Assembly: GCA_951406725.2 (NCBI GenBank)
Contig: OX597822.1
Coordinates: 23,746,001-23,810,000 of the forward strand
Reading direction: 5' to 3'
From: Octopus vulgaris
Lineage: Eukaryota
DNA: 64,000 nucleotides
The stretch's first letter is position 1, and the number at the start of each line of letters is the position of its first letter. The position numbers and the translations under genes are program-made. Positions 41,811 to 54,492 of the stretch are shown here, in pieces. Below the pieces are notes generated by a model. The model was not told the DNA's origin. It worked only from the letters and a program-made list of their open reading frames with translations, and made no database searches.

Positions 41811-42511
41811 GTGTGTGTGATTGTGTATAGAAGAATATATTAATAAAAGGAATTCCAACCTTGTCTGATTTTCACGTTTTATTTACAATCTTATAATGAT
41901 ATATTATAAGATAATATATTATAATTGAATAAAATAAAATGAAATAGTAGAATGTTAAATGTTCATTCTGATTGAACTAGTACTTTCATGCATTGAATTC
42001 TGCAATCTTCGGGTTCATGTAGTAGTGATGACAGTCATGCTTCACAATTTTTGACTGTAGCAAGATGATTGATTCTGTGCTATAAATACAGCTGGGTAGG
42101 CTCCAGAGTGCTAGGTTTTGCAAACTGTATTCTGACCAATCAGTGTGTAGTATCACTCAATTACTTAAGCTGATTGGTTGGTTGAGCTGATTGGTTTAGG
42201 CATCACGCTTTGTTGGACATGTCAAGAGTCCTGTATCTTGACCCTGGCCGAAGCAGCAATTGTTGGGTTATTTTTAGAAATGTTGTAAACATCCTTTGTC
42301 AGAGATTTTTATATTTTTATATTTCAATTGTCATCATCATCATTGTCGGCACCTTAATTATTGTTGCTAGTGGTGATGGTGGTGGCAATAGAACTTTTAA
42401 CCCTAAATAAGATAATTTTCCTGCTATCTTCATCTTGATCACCTTTAGTATTGTTGTTGTTGTTAGTGATCATGGTCGTAGCAGTGGAAGTAATACCTCT
42501 AAGTATTATTA

Positions 42512-44654
42512 TTATTGCTTATTTAGCTTGGGTTCGAATTTATCAATAAAATTCTTTTCTCTGATTCTCCTCTCGATTTCACTTGGGCTGTGTAATTTGT
42601 AGAACGGAAATATTATATACATTTTCCAGCCACATGTTGCTAGGTGGTTACTCAAAGGTATCTGACGGACCTCTGGGTCTCTAATCTGTTGCCGGTGTAC
42701 ACGTGAGCGTTCTAATAGTGCGTTTCCCGTCTGACCTACATATATTTCTTCACAATTTGGCATTTGATGCAGTAAATTAAATTTCTGCTTTTGCAGTTCA
42801 TATTCGCGTTTGTGAATATTTTCCCGGTTTTTGTGTTTATATATTGACCGGTATGTATGAATTGGCATGTGCCACATCGGCTATCATTGCATTTAGATAC
42901 CGTGAATGTTTGGTCTTTGTTGCTGAGGTCAAATTTTGCCTTTGTTAGTAATGTTTTCAAGTTTTTAGACTGTCTTTTACTAAGCACCATAGCTCGATCC
43001 GTGATTATGTCTTTTAATCCATTACTTTAGGCAATGATTGGTAGGTTTGCTTTGGCAATGTTGAAGATATTCTGGTGACATGGGTTGTGTGTCACAATGA
43101 ATGATATGACTTGTTCTTGTTTTCCTCTTCCTTGGGTTGTCCTAAGTTGTTGTATGGGTATTTTTATAGCCCGCTGTATGCCATTTTCTATAAGTAGAGA
43201 TGGGTATTTTTGTTTGAGCAAAAATTCTCTTAGTTCTATTAGGCGTTTGTTCCTGATATTTGCATCTTCTACAATGGTACAAATTCTTCTGGCTAGGCAG
43301 TATGGGATGTTACGTTTTGTATGTGGTGGATGGCACGACTTAAAATTTAGGTATTGATGTGTGTCTGTGTGTTTATAGTATATATCTGTGGTGATGGTGG
43401 TGTCTTTTTTAATTACCATTATATCTAGGAATGGTAATTTGGTACTACTCATCTCCTTTGTAAATTGGAGAGATGGGTGTAGGTTGTTCAGGAGGATATT
43501 GAACTATTCCAGAGTATTTAGAGATTCTGTCCAGATTATGAAGCAGTCGTCTAGGTATCTCTTCCATGCCTTTTCAATATACTTTCTAAATCCAGTGCCA
43601 TAGTTTACCTCCACCTCTTGGTAGAAGTTGTTGTTCTAAGTATCCCATTACAGAGTTGGCGAAACGGGACCAAACCTCGTTCCCATCGCCGTGCCTCTAA
43701 TTTGGATGTAATTCTTTCCATTGAAGAAGAATGTGTTATTTTCTAGAATAAGTTTGACTGTGTCTAATATAAATGGCACTGTGAATCTGCTGGGAATCAC
43801 TTCTCTATGTTTTTCTAACCAGTATTTAATCGCCTTTATTCCTAAATCGTGTGGAATATTGGTGTAGAGGCTTACCACATCAAAACTTAGTAAAACTGAA
43901 TTTGTTTCTGTTGTTTTGGGAAGATGGGACAGGAAGTCGATGTCATCCCTGATGAAACTTGGTATGTAAGTACATAGTGGTTTCAAAACAATGTCAATAA
44001 AATTGCTTAGACGGTGTGTAGGGCATGCTGGACCAGCTATAATAGGTCTAAGTTTTAGGTCTTTTGGATGTAATAATTTTATGTACTCACTTTCTTGTTC
44101 TTTTACTGCCTGTTGAATGTTTTTTGATTTGTGTATTTTTGGTAAGCTGTAGAAGTTGCTGGGTTTTGGTTCGAAATTGGTGATGTAGTCTTTTTCATTA
44201 TCCGTAAGTGAGTTGTGGTGTGTTGAGATCAGGTTGTTGATCTTTTTCATGATGTGGTGGTCTATATTTGCGGGTATTTCACAATAGAAGGTTGTATCCT
44301 TCAGTTGGTCTTCAACCAAATCCTTATAGTATTCGGTATCCATAATAACAATTGCACCACCTTTATCTGCTTGTTTAATTATTATTGTTTGATCGTTTTG
44401 TATACGTTTACATGCAGACATCTCTGATTTGCTAATGTTTGGCCTAACATTGGTATTGCGTCTAAGGGGAAATTTAGACAGGATATCAATGTATTGGTCA
44501 AGGTAGTTATTTCTTCCTTTTGGTGGGGTGAAATTTGATTTATTCCTTACTAGGGATTCATCAATCTCATTACTTTTGTTAGCGAAGAATTCTACAAGTC
44601 GTAATTTTCGACAGAATTTTTGGATATCCTCCTTTAATTCTTGGTGGTTGGCTG
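42512..44654 (-). pseudogene. PLE reverse transcriptase + GIY-YIG endonuclease ORF, disrupted by a few frameshifts and stops
   Basis: KQADKGGAIVIMD, LPKIHK, LRPIIAG, SFDVVSLYTNIPH, QIRGTAMGT, WKRYLDDCF, LPFLDI, YYKHTDTHQYL..SCHP, CNDSRCGTC, LIYCIKC..CEEIYVGQTG..L.ER. Confidence 0.96.
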
Positions 44655-45409
44655 TTGGTCAAATGCTCAAATTGTGAAGAAATATATGTAGGTAAGACGG
44701 GAAACGCACTATTAGAACGCTCACGTGTACACCGGCAACAGATTAGAGACCCAGAGGTCCGTCAGATACCTTTGAGTAACCACCTAGCAACATGTGGCTG
44801 GAAAATGTATATAATATTTCCGTTCTACAAATTACACAGCCCAAGTGAAATCGAGAGGAGAATCAGAGAAAAGAATTTTATTGATAAATTCGAACCCAAG
44901 CTAAATAAGCAATAATAATAATACTTAGAGGTATTACTTCCACTGCTACGACCATGATCACTAACAACAACAACAATACTAAAGGTGATCAAGATGAAGA
45001 TAGCAGGAAAATTATCTTATTTAGGGTTAAAAGTTCTATTGCCACCACCATCACCACTAGCAACAATAATTAAGGTGCCGACAATGATGATGATGACAAT
45101 TGAAATATAAAAATATAAAAATCTCTGACAAAGGATGTTTACAACATTTCTAAAAATAACCCAACAATTGCTGCTTCGGCCAGGGTCAAGATACAGGACT
45201 CTTGACATGTCCAACAAAGCGTGATGCCTAAACCAATCAGCTCAACCAACCAATCAGCTTAAGTAATTGAGTGATACTACACACTGATTGGTCAGAATAC
45301 AGTTTGCAAAACCTAGCACTCTGGAGCCTACCCAGCTGTATTTATAGCACAGAATCAATCATCTTACTACAGTCAAAAATTGTGAAGCATGACTGTCATC
45401 ACTACTACA

Positions 45410-45454
45410 TGAACCCGAAGATTGCAGAATTCAATGCATGAAAGTACTAGTTCA
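45410..45454 (+). ncRNA. Minimal hammerhead in the pseudo-LTR with U4C core change (mirror copy 41973-42017 on minus)
   Basis: tgaac-CCGAAGA-ttgca gaattcaa tgcat-GAAA-GTAC-TA-gttca. Confidence 0.75.
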
Positions 45455-45583
45455 ATCAGAATGAACATTTAACATTCTACTATTTCATTTTATTTTATTC
45501 AATTATAATATATTATCTTATAATATATCATTATAAGATTGTAAATAAAACGTGAAAATCAGACAAGGTTGGAATTCTTTTTA

Positions 45584-45628
<45 letters not shown>

Positions 45629-45886
45629 GTGTATGTATGAGTGTATGTGTATGTATGAGTGCGTGTGTGTGAGTGTATGCGTATATGTATATATGTATGT
45701 ATGTATGTATGTATGCGTGTATGGTGTATGTGCTTTTGCGTGTGTGCATGTGTGTGTATGTGTATGAGAGAGAAAAAGAGAGAGAGAGAGAGCGAATTGA
45801 AGCATCCAAGAAATCAATAAAAAAAAACAATAAATAGTGGCCTGATAGAAGAAGAAATTAACAGCGCCCAAGTTGGCGTTGGAGAG

Positions 45887-47518
45887 AACAGAACTTGATG
45901 TTTCTGAAACAATCAAGGAACTAATTCCATCAACAATCTTGGCACTAGGCTTAAAAATCACTTCTACAAAAATCGAATTAAGTAATACTTTATAAAAGTA
46001 TGTATGCACATACTTTTTCCATCATTGAATTCAGTCGCTAACCGTTATCATGGAAGTTCATGACATTGGACTTGTACTTGCTGAGAAGATGAGCAAGAAG
46101 TTTATGATATAAAGGAGTTTTTTTTAAAGAGAAAACCACGAGAATTGAGGTTAATATAGGGCGTAACAAATATCAGAAAATCAAAAAAAAATGCGTGTAA
46201 TAGGTGTAAAACAACTTCCTATGAACGAATATGAAAAAAAATTCGCGCACGCTAATGGGGGTTGGGGTTTTGGCCTCGTAAAATTAACATCGGTAAGTTC
46301 CGAAAGCGTCTGAGGGGCTTACCCGGGAACCAAAAAAAAAAAAAAATAGTGTAATATGTGTAAAACAACTTGCTCTAAACGAATATGAAAAAAAAAATGC
46401 GCTCTCGAGAAAGAGGGGTGGGGAGAGGCCTCGGAATATTTATATCGGGAATTTCCGAAAGCGTCTGAACCGGGCACAAAAACAAAAACAAAAACAGCGT
46501 AATAGGTGTAAAACAACTTGCTCTAAACGACTATCATGAAAAAAATGCGCGCTCGCGAAAGCGGGGTGGGGGAGAGGCTTCGGAAATTTCACATCTTCAG
46601 TCCACGGCCTTTAAACTAAGAAAAATAGTGTAATTGGTGTAAAACTACTTGTTCTAAACGAGTATCAAGAACACACACTCACACATGAATCATAAACTCC
46701 GTATTTCGCAAAAAAAAAAAATAAAGAGAAGAAATTCTGGAAAAAGTGAAGAAATGTTGGATCTCATTCCTTGGTTAAAGCTATTTTAAACATTAAATTT
46801 ATGCTTTTCTTTGAAATAGTTCAGATATATGCAATTCTTCTCACTTATTAAGATGCATTTATCAGAAAAAAAGAGACAGAAAAAATTATTATTTTGTGTC
46901 AATCCTTCCCTAATTATTTTTGTTTTTGTTTTTGTGCCCGGTTCAGACGCTTTCGGAAATTCCCGATATAAATATTCCGAGGCCTCTCCCCCACCCCTCT
47001 TTCGCGAGAGCGCATTTTCTTTTGTCATATTCGTTTAGAGCAAGTTGTTTTACACATATTACACTATTTTTTTTTGTTTTGGTGCCCGGGTCAGCTCCTC
47101 AGACGCTTTCGGAACTTCCCGATGTGAATTTTCCGAGGCCTCTCCCCCCCCCCCCTTTTGCGTGCGCGAATTTTTTTTTCATATTCGTTCATAGGAAGTT
47201 GTTTTACACCTATTACACGCATTTTTTTTTTGATTTTCTGATATTTGTTACGCCCTAACAGAACTTGATGTTTCTGAAACAATCAAGGAACTAATTCCAT
47301 CAACAATCTTGGCACTAGGCTTAAAAATCACTTCTACAAAAATCGAATTAAGTAATACTTTATAAAAGTATGTATGCACATACTTTTGCCATCATTGAAT
47401 TCAGTCGCTAACCGTTATCATGGAAGTTCATGACATTGGACTTGTACTTGCTGAGAAGATGAGCAAGAAGTTTATGATATAAAGGAGTTTTTTTTTAAGA
47501 GAAAACCACGAGAATTGA
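45887..47518. repeat. 262-bp direct duplication (45887-46148 and 47257-47518) bracketing a TIR element
   Basis: The two copies differ at only two positions that I could see. Confidence 0.95.
46157..47257. mobile_element. Non-autonomous foldback-type DNA transposon with ~340-bp TIRs built of subrepeats
   Basis: TAGGGCGTAACAAATATCAG... / ...CTGATATTTGTTACGCCCTA; subrepeat gtgtaa..gtgtaaaacaactt; no ORF; superfamily uncertain. Confidence 0.88.
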
Positions 47519-48054
47519 TTCCGAAAACATACTGGTGATGAGAAGTAAGGAATTGTCGTGCGCACTTTATCATGAAAAATGAAAGAAGCTTCTCATGTTC
47601 ATGTTAACATGTTTGTTTAGCAGTGCTGTTTTGTGTTTGTGGTTTGTGTTTTATACATCAACGCTTACAAAAAAAAAAGGACCATTTCAATCTAACGGTT
47701 CTGTTCCCGTTATGCAAGATCGTTAAAAAAGTTATCTTCAAAAAGAATTCGCTAGTAAAGATATTTTTCGTTTTCTTCGAGATAAAAAATACAATTACTA
47801 TTTGCTAAAAAACAAATAATATCTACTAAGACTACTTTACATCTTTTACTTATCCCTTCCTGTTTTTTGTTAACATTAAGGGTAGTGAATTTCCTGAACT
47901 TAGATCCAGCAACATAATTGATGTGAAAGAACATATCTTTATTTTTACTGACCATACTAAGCTAATTTCATCAAGCTTCCGTCTTCCATACATTGTATGT
48001 ATAAAGATAATTCTGTATGAATACTTAGAATTGAACCATCATTGTAACCATACT

Positions 48055-48228
48055 GCTCTGATGATCTGATGAGCTAGCTTTCTTTATCTGCATTGATTTG
48101 TGAATAAACAGTAGTAATTATCTGCACTAATGTGTATGCTACGGATTAAACATTAGTGCAGACATTTAAACATAATTTATTATACATTGAAATTATTATT
48201 AGATGAAGGCAGCGAAACGGCTGTAAGC
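48055..48228 (+). ncRNA. Candidate hammerhead with ~140-nt stem II and duplicated core
   Basis: gct-CTGATGA-t-CTGATGA-gctagc...tctgcactaatgt..acattagtgcaga...ggcagc-GAAA-CGGCTG-TA-agc. Confidence 0.5.
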
Positions 48229-48603
48229 CTAAGAATGACAAATGGTTAAATAAATATATCCACCTCTCATACCTCCTGATTTTTTATGGTTTATATACTC
48301 CTCATAAGATAATCTCATCGATCGGATCACCTAAATTTCAGCTGCATGGAACTCTGCATTATATCCCCCCTGCACTGGATTACTATGTTTACTACTAGCC
48401 ACACTATTCTATCAATCCATATATTACACAAATATATATATGTATATATATGTATGTGTGCGTATGTGTGTGTTTGTGTGTGTGCGCGCGTATATATATA
48501 TACACATATACATATATATATATATATATATATACATACATATATACATACATATATTTATGTGTGTATATATATATACTATTATATATACATACATACA
48601 CAC

Positions 48604-48680
<77 letters not shown>

Positions 48681-49182
48681 CAGACATGCTCGAATAATAT
48701 GTGTATCATGTGTAAGTATTTTGAAGTTGGTAACGGTGCACCACTTAAATATTAATTATTAATCTCTTCACTTTTCAATCACCTTCAATCTATTATTGAT
48801 AATTGATTCAACAAAACATTACAAGATGGTGTCTGAGAACAAATCATTGCATATTTTATTGAAATTACTCACAAACTAAGCTGGTGTTTATTTAATTATA
48901 TTTGATAAGGTTACTCTTAAATGAATAACAAAAGAATTGCTTCGTGTATTGGGCGCCATTTCGTCTGAGGTGTAACACTTTATGTTAATATGGCTCCTAT
49001 TCTCTAGTTAGGTGAACCGAGGCGACCAACAGTAAATATGCTTCTGGAACAACACAAAGAAATGTCGATGCGATGACGAATCCTCTCTGCAGTTGTCCCA
49101 CTTGCGAAAATTAGTAAAGTTTCTCTCAATCAAATACTCTGCCGTGTTAACAATGGAAAAACAAATTGAATAACGTGTTCCC

Positions 49183-49282
<100 letters not shown>

Positions 49283-49507
49283 GTTTGTCACTCTGTCTAT
49301 CTGTCTGTTTATCTACATATACATTAGTGTCCATCTGTTCTAATTTAATTTAATTCTATGTCTTTGTGCAGCTGAAGATTGCTCTGCATTTTAAATTGAT
49401 GTAATGACTGCATTGTTCAATTAAATGGAGTTCCATGAAATGATCGTACTGCATTATCTTTGGATATCCTTCTTGCTTATTTTGATATATATATGTATAT
49501 ATATATG

Positions 49508-49712
49508 TAGGGAAAGTTTACGAAAAAAACAAAAGACGAAGACAGGTGGTGTACAAAACAAACAGATGTATTCAATGCATGAAAGTACTAGTTCAATCAG
49601 AAAGTCTTTTACATTTCGAGCCTACGCCCTTCTACAGAAAGGGACACAGAAATAAACAAGGAGAGAAATAAGGAGAGAAAAAATGTGTGTAGTGGCTAAC
49701 GATCCATCATGG
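49508..49712 (-). mobile_element. Short PLE-derived element with 2-nt-loop hammerhead (49606-49641, degenerate)
   Basis: Minus strand: cttt-CTGTAGA-agggcgtaggctc-GAAA-TG-TA-aaag. Relatives at ~41150-41335, 49985-50195 and 51600-51800. Confidence 0.7.
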
Positions 49713-50375
49713 CGTCTGACCATGTATATATACATGCATGCGTGTGTATATATGTATGCATGTATGTATGCATGCCTGGATGACTGGATGTCTGTGTATA
49801 GATTTGTACAAACATCATGCATTCATATATATAGTTATGTATGTACGCATGCATATGTGCATTATGTCCATGTATACATACATGCTAACATGTGTGTATG
49901 TGTATATAAATATATATGCATATATATACCTGTGTTGGTATCTATGTATGTATATATGTATGTACATATATGCATGTGTTCGTAGCCATGTAATGGTACA
50001 AATACTTTTCGCGGACTATTCTCTTCCTTCACTCCTGACTTCTCCCTCTTTTCTCTATCTGACGAAGAGCTTTGCTCGAAACATCACACCCTCTCTTTTT
50101 TTTCATCTTAAATTTTCTCTGAGCGTCAAGCTAATACATTCACTGTGTACGTCTTTTTGCCTTTTATTGTCTCTTCTGTTTTTGATTTGCCTTTAAGTAT
50201 ATGTATATATCGTGAAGTATATTTGCCACTTAAATGTGGCTAACCCCTAAGGGTGGATGCTACTGTAGCTTGTGGCCCCAGGAGGACACCTCCTCCAGCT
50301 GGCTATTGACACACTTTCTGTGCCCTATCAATATTTGGAAAGGGAAGCCATCCTTCCCGTCTTCAACCTATGATA

Positions 50376-50420
50376 CACATGGACTCGAGTTTCTGGGTAT
50401 TGACCCGTCATCAGCGTATG
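50376..50420 (-). ncRNA. Hammerhead ribozyme, canonical core, in a GC-richer element (~50212-50420)
   Basis: catacg-CTGATGA-cgggt caat accca-GAAA-CTCGAG-TC-catgtg. Confidence 0.82.
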
Positions 50421-51665
50421 ACAATCACGAGTTGTCGATGAAAAGTAGGCCTCCCTTTGCAAATATATATCCTTTTTCCAGTGACGAAAAGTCACTGGTA
50501 TCGAAAAAGTGTTTCTCGATGTTTGCTATTTCATTGCTTCGCATTATGAGCAGTGTCAGAGCGAGAACGGTCATCAGCTCGAAAACAGGCATTCATTTTA
50601 ATAAACATTGACTTTATAATCATTCAATGTGCGTATACATTTTTGTGGGGATTACCTGTGTATATATATTTACACTCAAAAAGGCGGCGAACTGGCAGAA
50701 ACGTTAGCACGCCGGGCGAAATGTCTAGCGGTATTTCGTCTGCCGCTACGTTCTGAGTTCAAATTCCGCCGAGGTCGACTTTGCCTTTCATCCTTTTGGG
50801 GTCGATAAATTAAGTACCAGTCACGCACTGGGGTTGATATAATCGACTTAATCCGTTTGTCTGTCCTTGTTTGTCCCCTCTGTGTTTAGCCCCTTGTGGG
50901 TAGTAAAGAAATATATATTTACACACACACACGTATATACCTTTATAATTCCTTCCCTTTCCGTGTTGTTTATGTTCTTTACACTGCTAAGAACATATTC
51001 AAACCGTTATCTTCTAACTTTAACCACTAATTCACCGTTTCACCATTTAATAAAAATGAATAGGCGACTGTTACATTTAGACAAAAATCTAGTATCAGAA
51101 TCTAGATAGAAGATTAGAAAAAAATTTGATACAGATAAAAATAGTAATATATAAGACTCAGAAATATACACAATTGGACAATTATGTAAACAGTGTATAT
51201 AACTATCAAATAAATAGCATTTTTTTTATATCTATCTCGTGGGATGGACGGCTTGTTGTCAGTTAATTCAAGACGCATTTCACAATGATAGCTCTCAATG
51301 ATAATGTAATAAGCTAACTCAAAACATCAGTCATCGTTGATATTGCAAAGTGTTTCTGCAGTAAACTGAAATAAATTTACGCTGTGTCATAGAAATAATA
51401 TGGTTATGTGTTATGAGGTGTTAAGAGCAAAGTATATGAGAACGTTTAGTCTTCATAGAATTTTACACACATTCATACACACACACACATAAATAGATAC
51501 TCACATACATGCATGTGTATATTTTAATATACATACATATATACATATAGATAAACATACATTTATATGTATATATTATATATATATGCGCATATATGTA
51601 ACCGCGTGTGTACCGTTGGCGATTTTTTTCCCTCCATCTTCCCTTTGGATCTTTCCTTTTCCTAT

Positions 51666-51700
51666 GTTTCTGGCGAAGAGCTCCGCTCGAAACGTTAAAC
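51666..51700 (+). ncRNA. Ultra-minimal hammerhead (loop 3 = CG) with A6G change; related motif at 50055-50089
   Basis: gttt-CTGGCGA-agagc tcc gctc-GAAA-CG-TT-aaac. The 50055 motif reads CTGACGA-agagc ttt gctc-GAAA-CA-TC. Confidence 0.6.
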
Positions 51701-51822
51701 CCTCCTTCTTTCCTTCTTTCTTGAGCGTCCAATAATACAACACTTGTTCCACGTCCTCGCGTTGTGTTTTCTCTTTGTGTTTTCATGTTTGGATTAACTA
51801 TATATATACATATATAAATATA

Positions 51823-51893
<71 letters not shown>

Positions 51894-51915
51894 ATATATA
51901 TATACATCTGCATGC

Positions 51916-51948
<33 letters not shown>

Positions 51949-52800
51949 CGCAGGAGTGGCTGTGTAGTAAGTAGCTTGTTTCCCAACCTCATGATTCCTA
52001 GTTCAGTCCCACTGTGTGGCACTTCGGGCAAGTATCTTCTACGATAGTTTCCGTCTACCAAATCCACTCACAAGGCTTTGGTTGGCCCGAGGTTTTAGTA
52101 GAAGATACTTGCCCAAGGTGCCACGCAGTTAGATCTGAACCCGGAACCATGTGGTTCGTAAGCAAGCTACTTACCACACAGTCACTCCTATAAAGAATCC
52201 ACACACAAGGCTTATGTCAGCCTGGGGTTATATTCGAAGTCATTTGCCCAAGGTACCATGCAGTAGGATTGAACTAGAAACCATGTAGTTGGGAAGCAAA
52301 TCTCTTACCACACAGTCACTGAATACAGCTAAGTCGATTACTAATTTAATTTGGTCATCCGAAATAGTTTTAGTAATAATCGCTCTTGTTACGTAAGGGT
52401 CACAAAGTTCATCAGGTCACCAAATCGGAATAAACTTCACAGCAACCATGTTAACGCATAATAGTAGTATGTAACACGATGACAAATATCAGTCGAGAGA
52501 TCAAAGTTTGAATGGAAAATAAACCGCGTACCAAATACGCAAAGAGAAATTTGACATAAATATGACATATAAAAATACTAGCTGTCATTCATTCCCAGTG
52601 GTTCACATTCTAACTAACCCATAGCTAAGACCTCGTAGGTGCTACTACTCCAGGTCAGAGTAAACCTGGCAACAAGTAGTGGCTCAAAGGTGATTACACA
52701 CTCCTGAAAATCTTAGAACTCCTGTACTAGGGCTCCTCTATTGGGTGCTGTTTAAGGTCATACCAATGCAATATATACATAGGTACGAACGGACATGCGT

Positions 52801-52903
<103 letters not shown>

Positions 52904-53001
52904 TCAAGATAAAAAGAATAGACGGAATGTACCAACAAAAATTGTTTCATTTTCAAGATGCACTGTTCCTTTATAGGTGTAGAACCTTATATATATATAT
53001 A

Positions 53002-53116
53002 TAGCTGAAGGTGACCCGCTCTACGCGCGGGTAAGAGTGTGGTATATATATATAAATATATACAAATTATATATATATATATATAATTATATATATATAT
53101 ATAAATATATACAAAT

Positions 53117-53155
<39 letters not shown>

Positions 53156-54492
53156 ATCTATATATAAATATGTATATATAATGTATATATACAAAGTGTA
53201 TATATCTGTATTTATATATATATATATATATATATAAATACAGATATATACACTTTGTATATATACATTATATATACATATTTATATATAGATACACACA
53301 CACACACATATAAATTAATTTTATTTTGAGGCCTCTGCTAATGTCCTGTGTAAGTGGTCGTCATTGAGAAGTAGTCCGCGCCTCAAACATGCTTCCCTGT
53401 AAGTGGCGCAGATGGTACCATCAACCGTGCGAAGATCAGCAAAAGACTTCGGTCCAGTAACTACATGAAGCAGCATTCTCAAAAAGAAGATTTCCTGTTT
53501 GGTAGGATGAATATTATACACACGCCCAATGACATTCTTCCTAGAAACACCGGGCCAATTGTCAAGTTCTGTTCCAAGTGACCTGCACTTCCAATTATTG
53601 TTGTTGTATGTGTAATATTCCGGTACTTCAGGGTAAATGAGAGTAGCGGCAAACTCATCAAGTGAACACAATTTAAAAAACGCTGTAAGCGTAGTCCCTT
53701 TTGGTTTTTCAATGACTTGACGTGCATTTTTCTCTGTGAAGTAAACCAGCTGTCTCTTCTGTAAATAAACATTCAGGTGGAAAACTGATGGTGAGCTTAG
53801 ATGAATCTCGTATCGAAAAATGCGCCACGCTGCATAATTGGAGGATACATACCTACCCAAAACGAATTGTTTAATTTCGTCATGTCTAAGGTCTTCATCG
53901 CTGAACACAAACACGGCCATATCATCGCCCTTATTAATGTACTTGCAGAGGTATTGTATGCATCTCACCGAACTGCAGTACTCAACATTAATGTGTGCAT
54001 TAAATGTTTTGGAAAGTAAAGGGTTGAATGGAACAATCCAGGCATTATCAACATCGAATGTTATTAACCGTTGTCTAACTGTAGCTGTGCGACCACCGAA
54101 ACCTGTGTGGTGGTGGTGGCGATGATAATTGTCTGTATGAATGCAGACAGACGTGTAGAGAGAGTGTGAAAGCGCTGTAGAACGCCGTTTGACGAATCGA
54201 CGTTATATATAGAAAGTGATGGGAAGGGAGGAAATAGAGTGAGTGAGTGAGGAAGACAGATACATAAAAGACTGAGAGTGGACTTGTCAAAGTGGGTTTT
54301 TGGCCGTAGCAACGACACCTTTTAAGATAGAGATTTCTAACGTAGCCCACGGGCATTGTCATCTCATTTTACATGTCCCTGTAAATTTTGGAGTCAATCC
54401 GACGGGATGTAGTGGCGTTGAAAGCGGGCCAAGCGGTCGAGTCAAACAAACAAACAAACAAACTTTTCGCATTTCAGTTTTATGAATAGAGA
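53002..54492 (-). mobile_element. Internally deleted Helitron retaining both ends and part of Rep
   Basis: 5' TC(TC)TATTCATAAAACTG..(TTTG)n at 54492; 3' hairpin acccgc..gcgggt followed by cagCTAT at 53002. Confidence 0.85.
53321..54100 (-). pseudogene. Helitron RepHel fragment (HUH Rep motif 3 region)
   Basis: VDNAWIVPFNPLLSKTFNAHINVEYCSSVRCIQYLCKYINKGDD...DEIKQFVLGRYVSS..AAWRIF...TTLTAFF...YPEVPEYYTY...IGRVY...FFLRMLL..VTGPKSF. Confidence 0.95.

Larger units (their letters stand above)
41835..45590 (-). mobile_element. Young 5'-truncated Penelope-like element (Neptune-type) with ~930-bp inverted pseudo-LTR
   Basis: Arms ~41835-42768 and ~44659-45590 are near-identical reverse complements; the element lies in TA/TG microsatellite. 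Confidence 0.96.

Noticed and set aside
45584-46009. 141-aa minus ORF, or a plus-strand exon-like segment within the 262-bp duplication
   Set aside because: Half is microsatellite, there is no recognisable homology, and the plus frame stops before the putative donor site.
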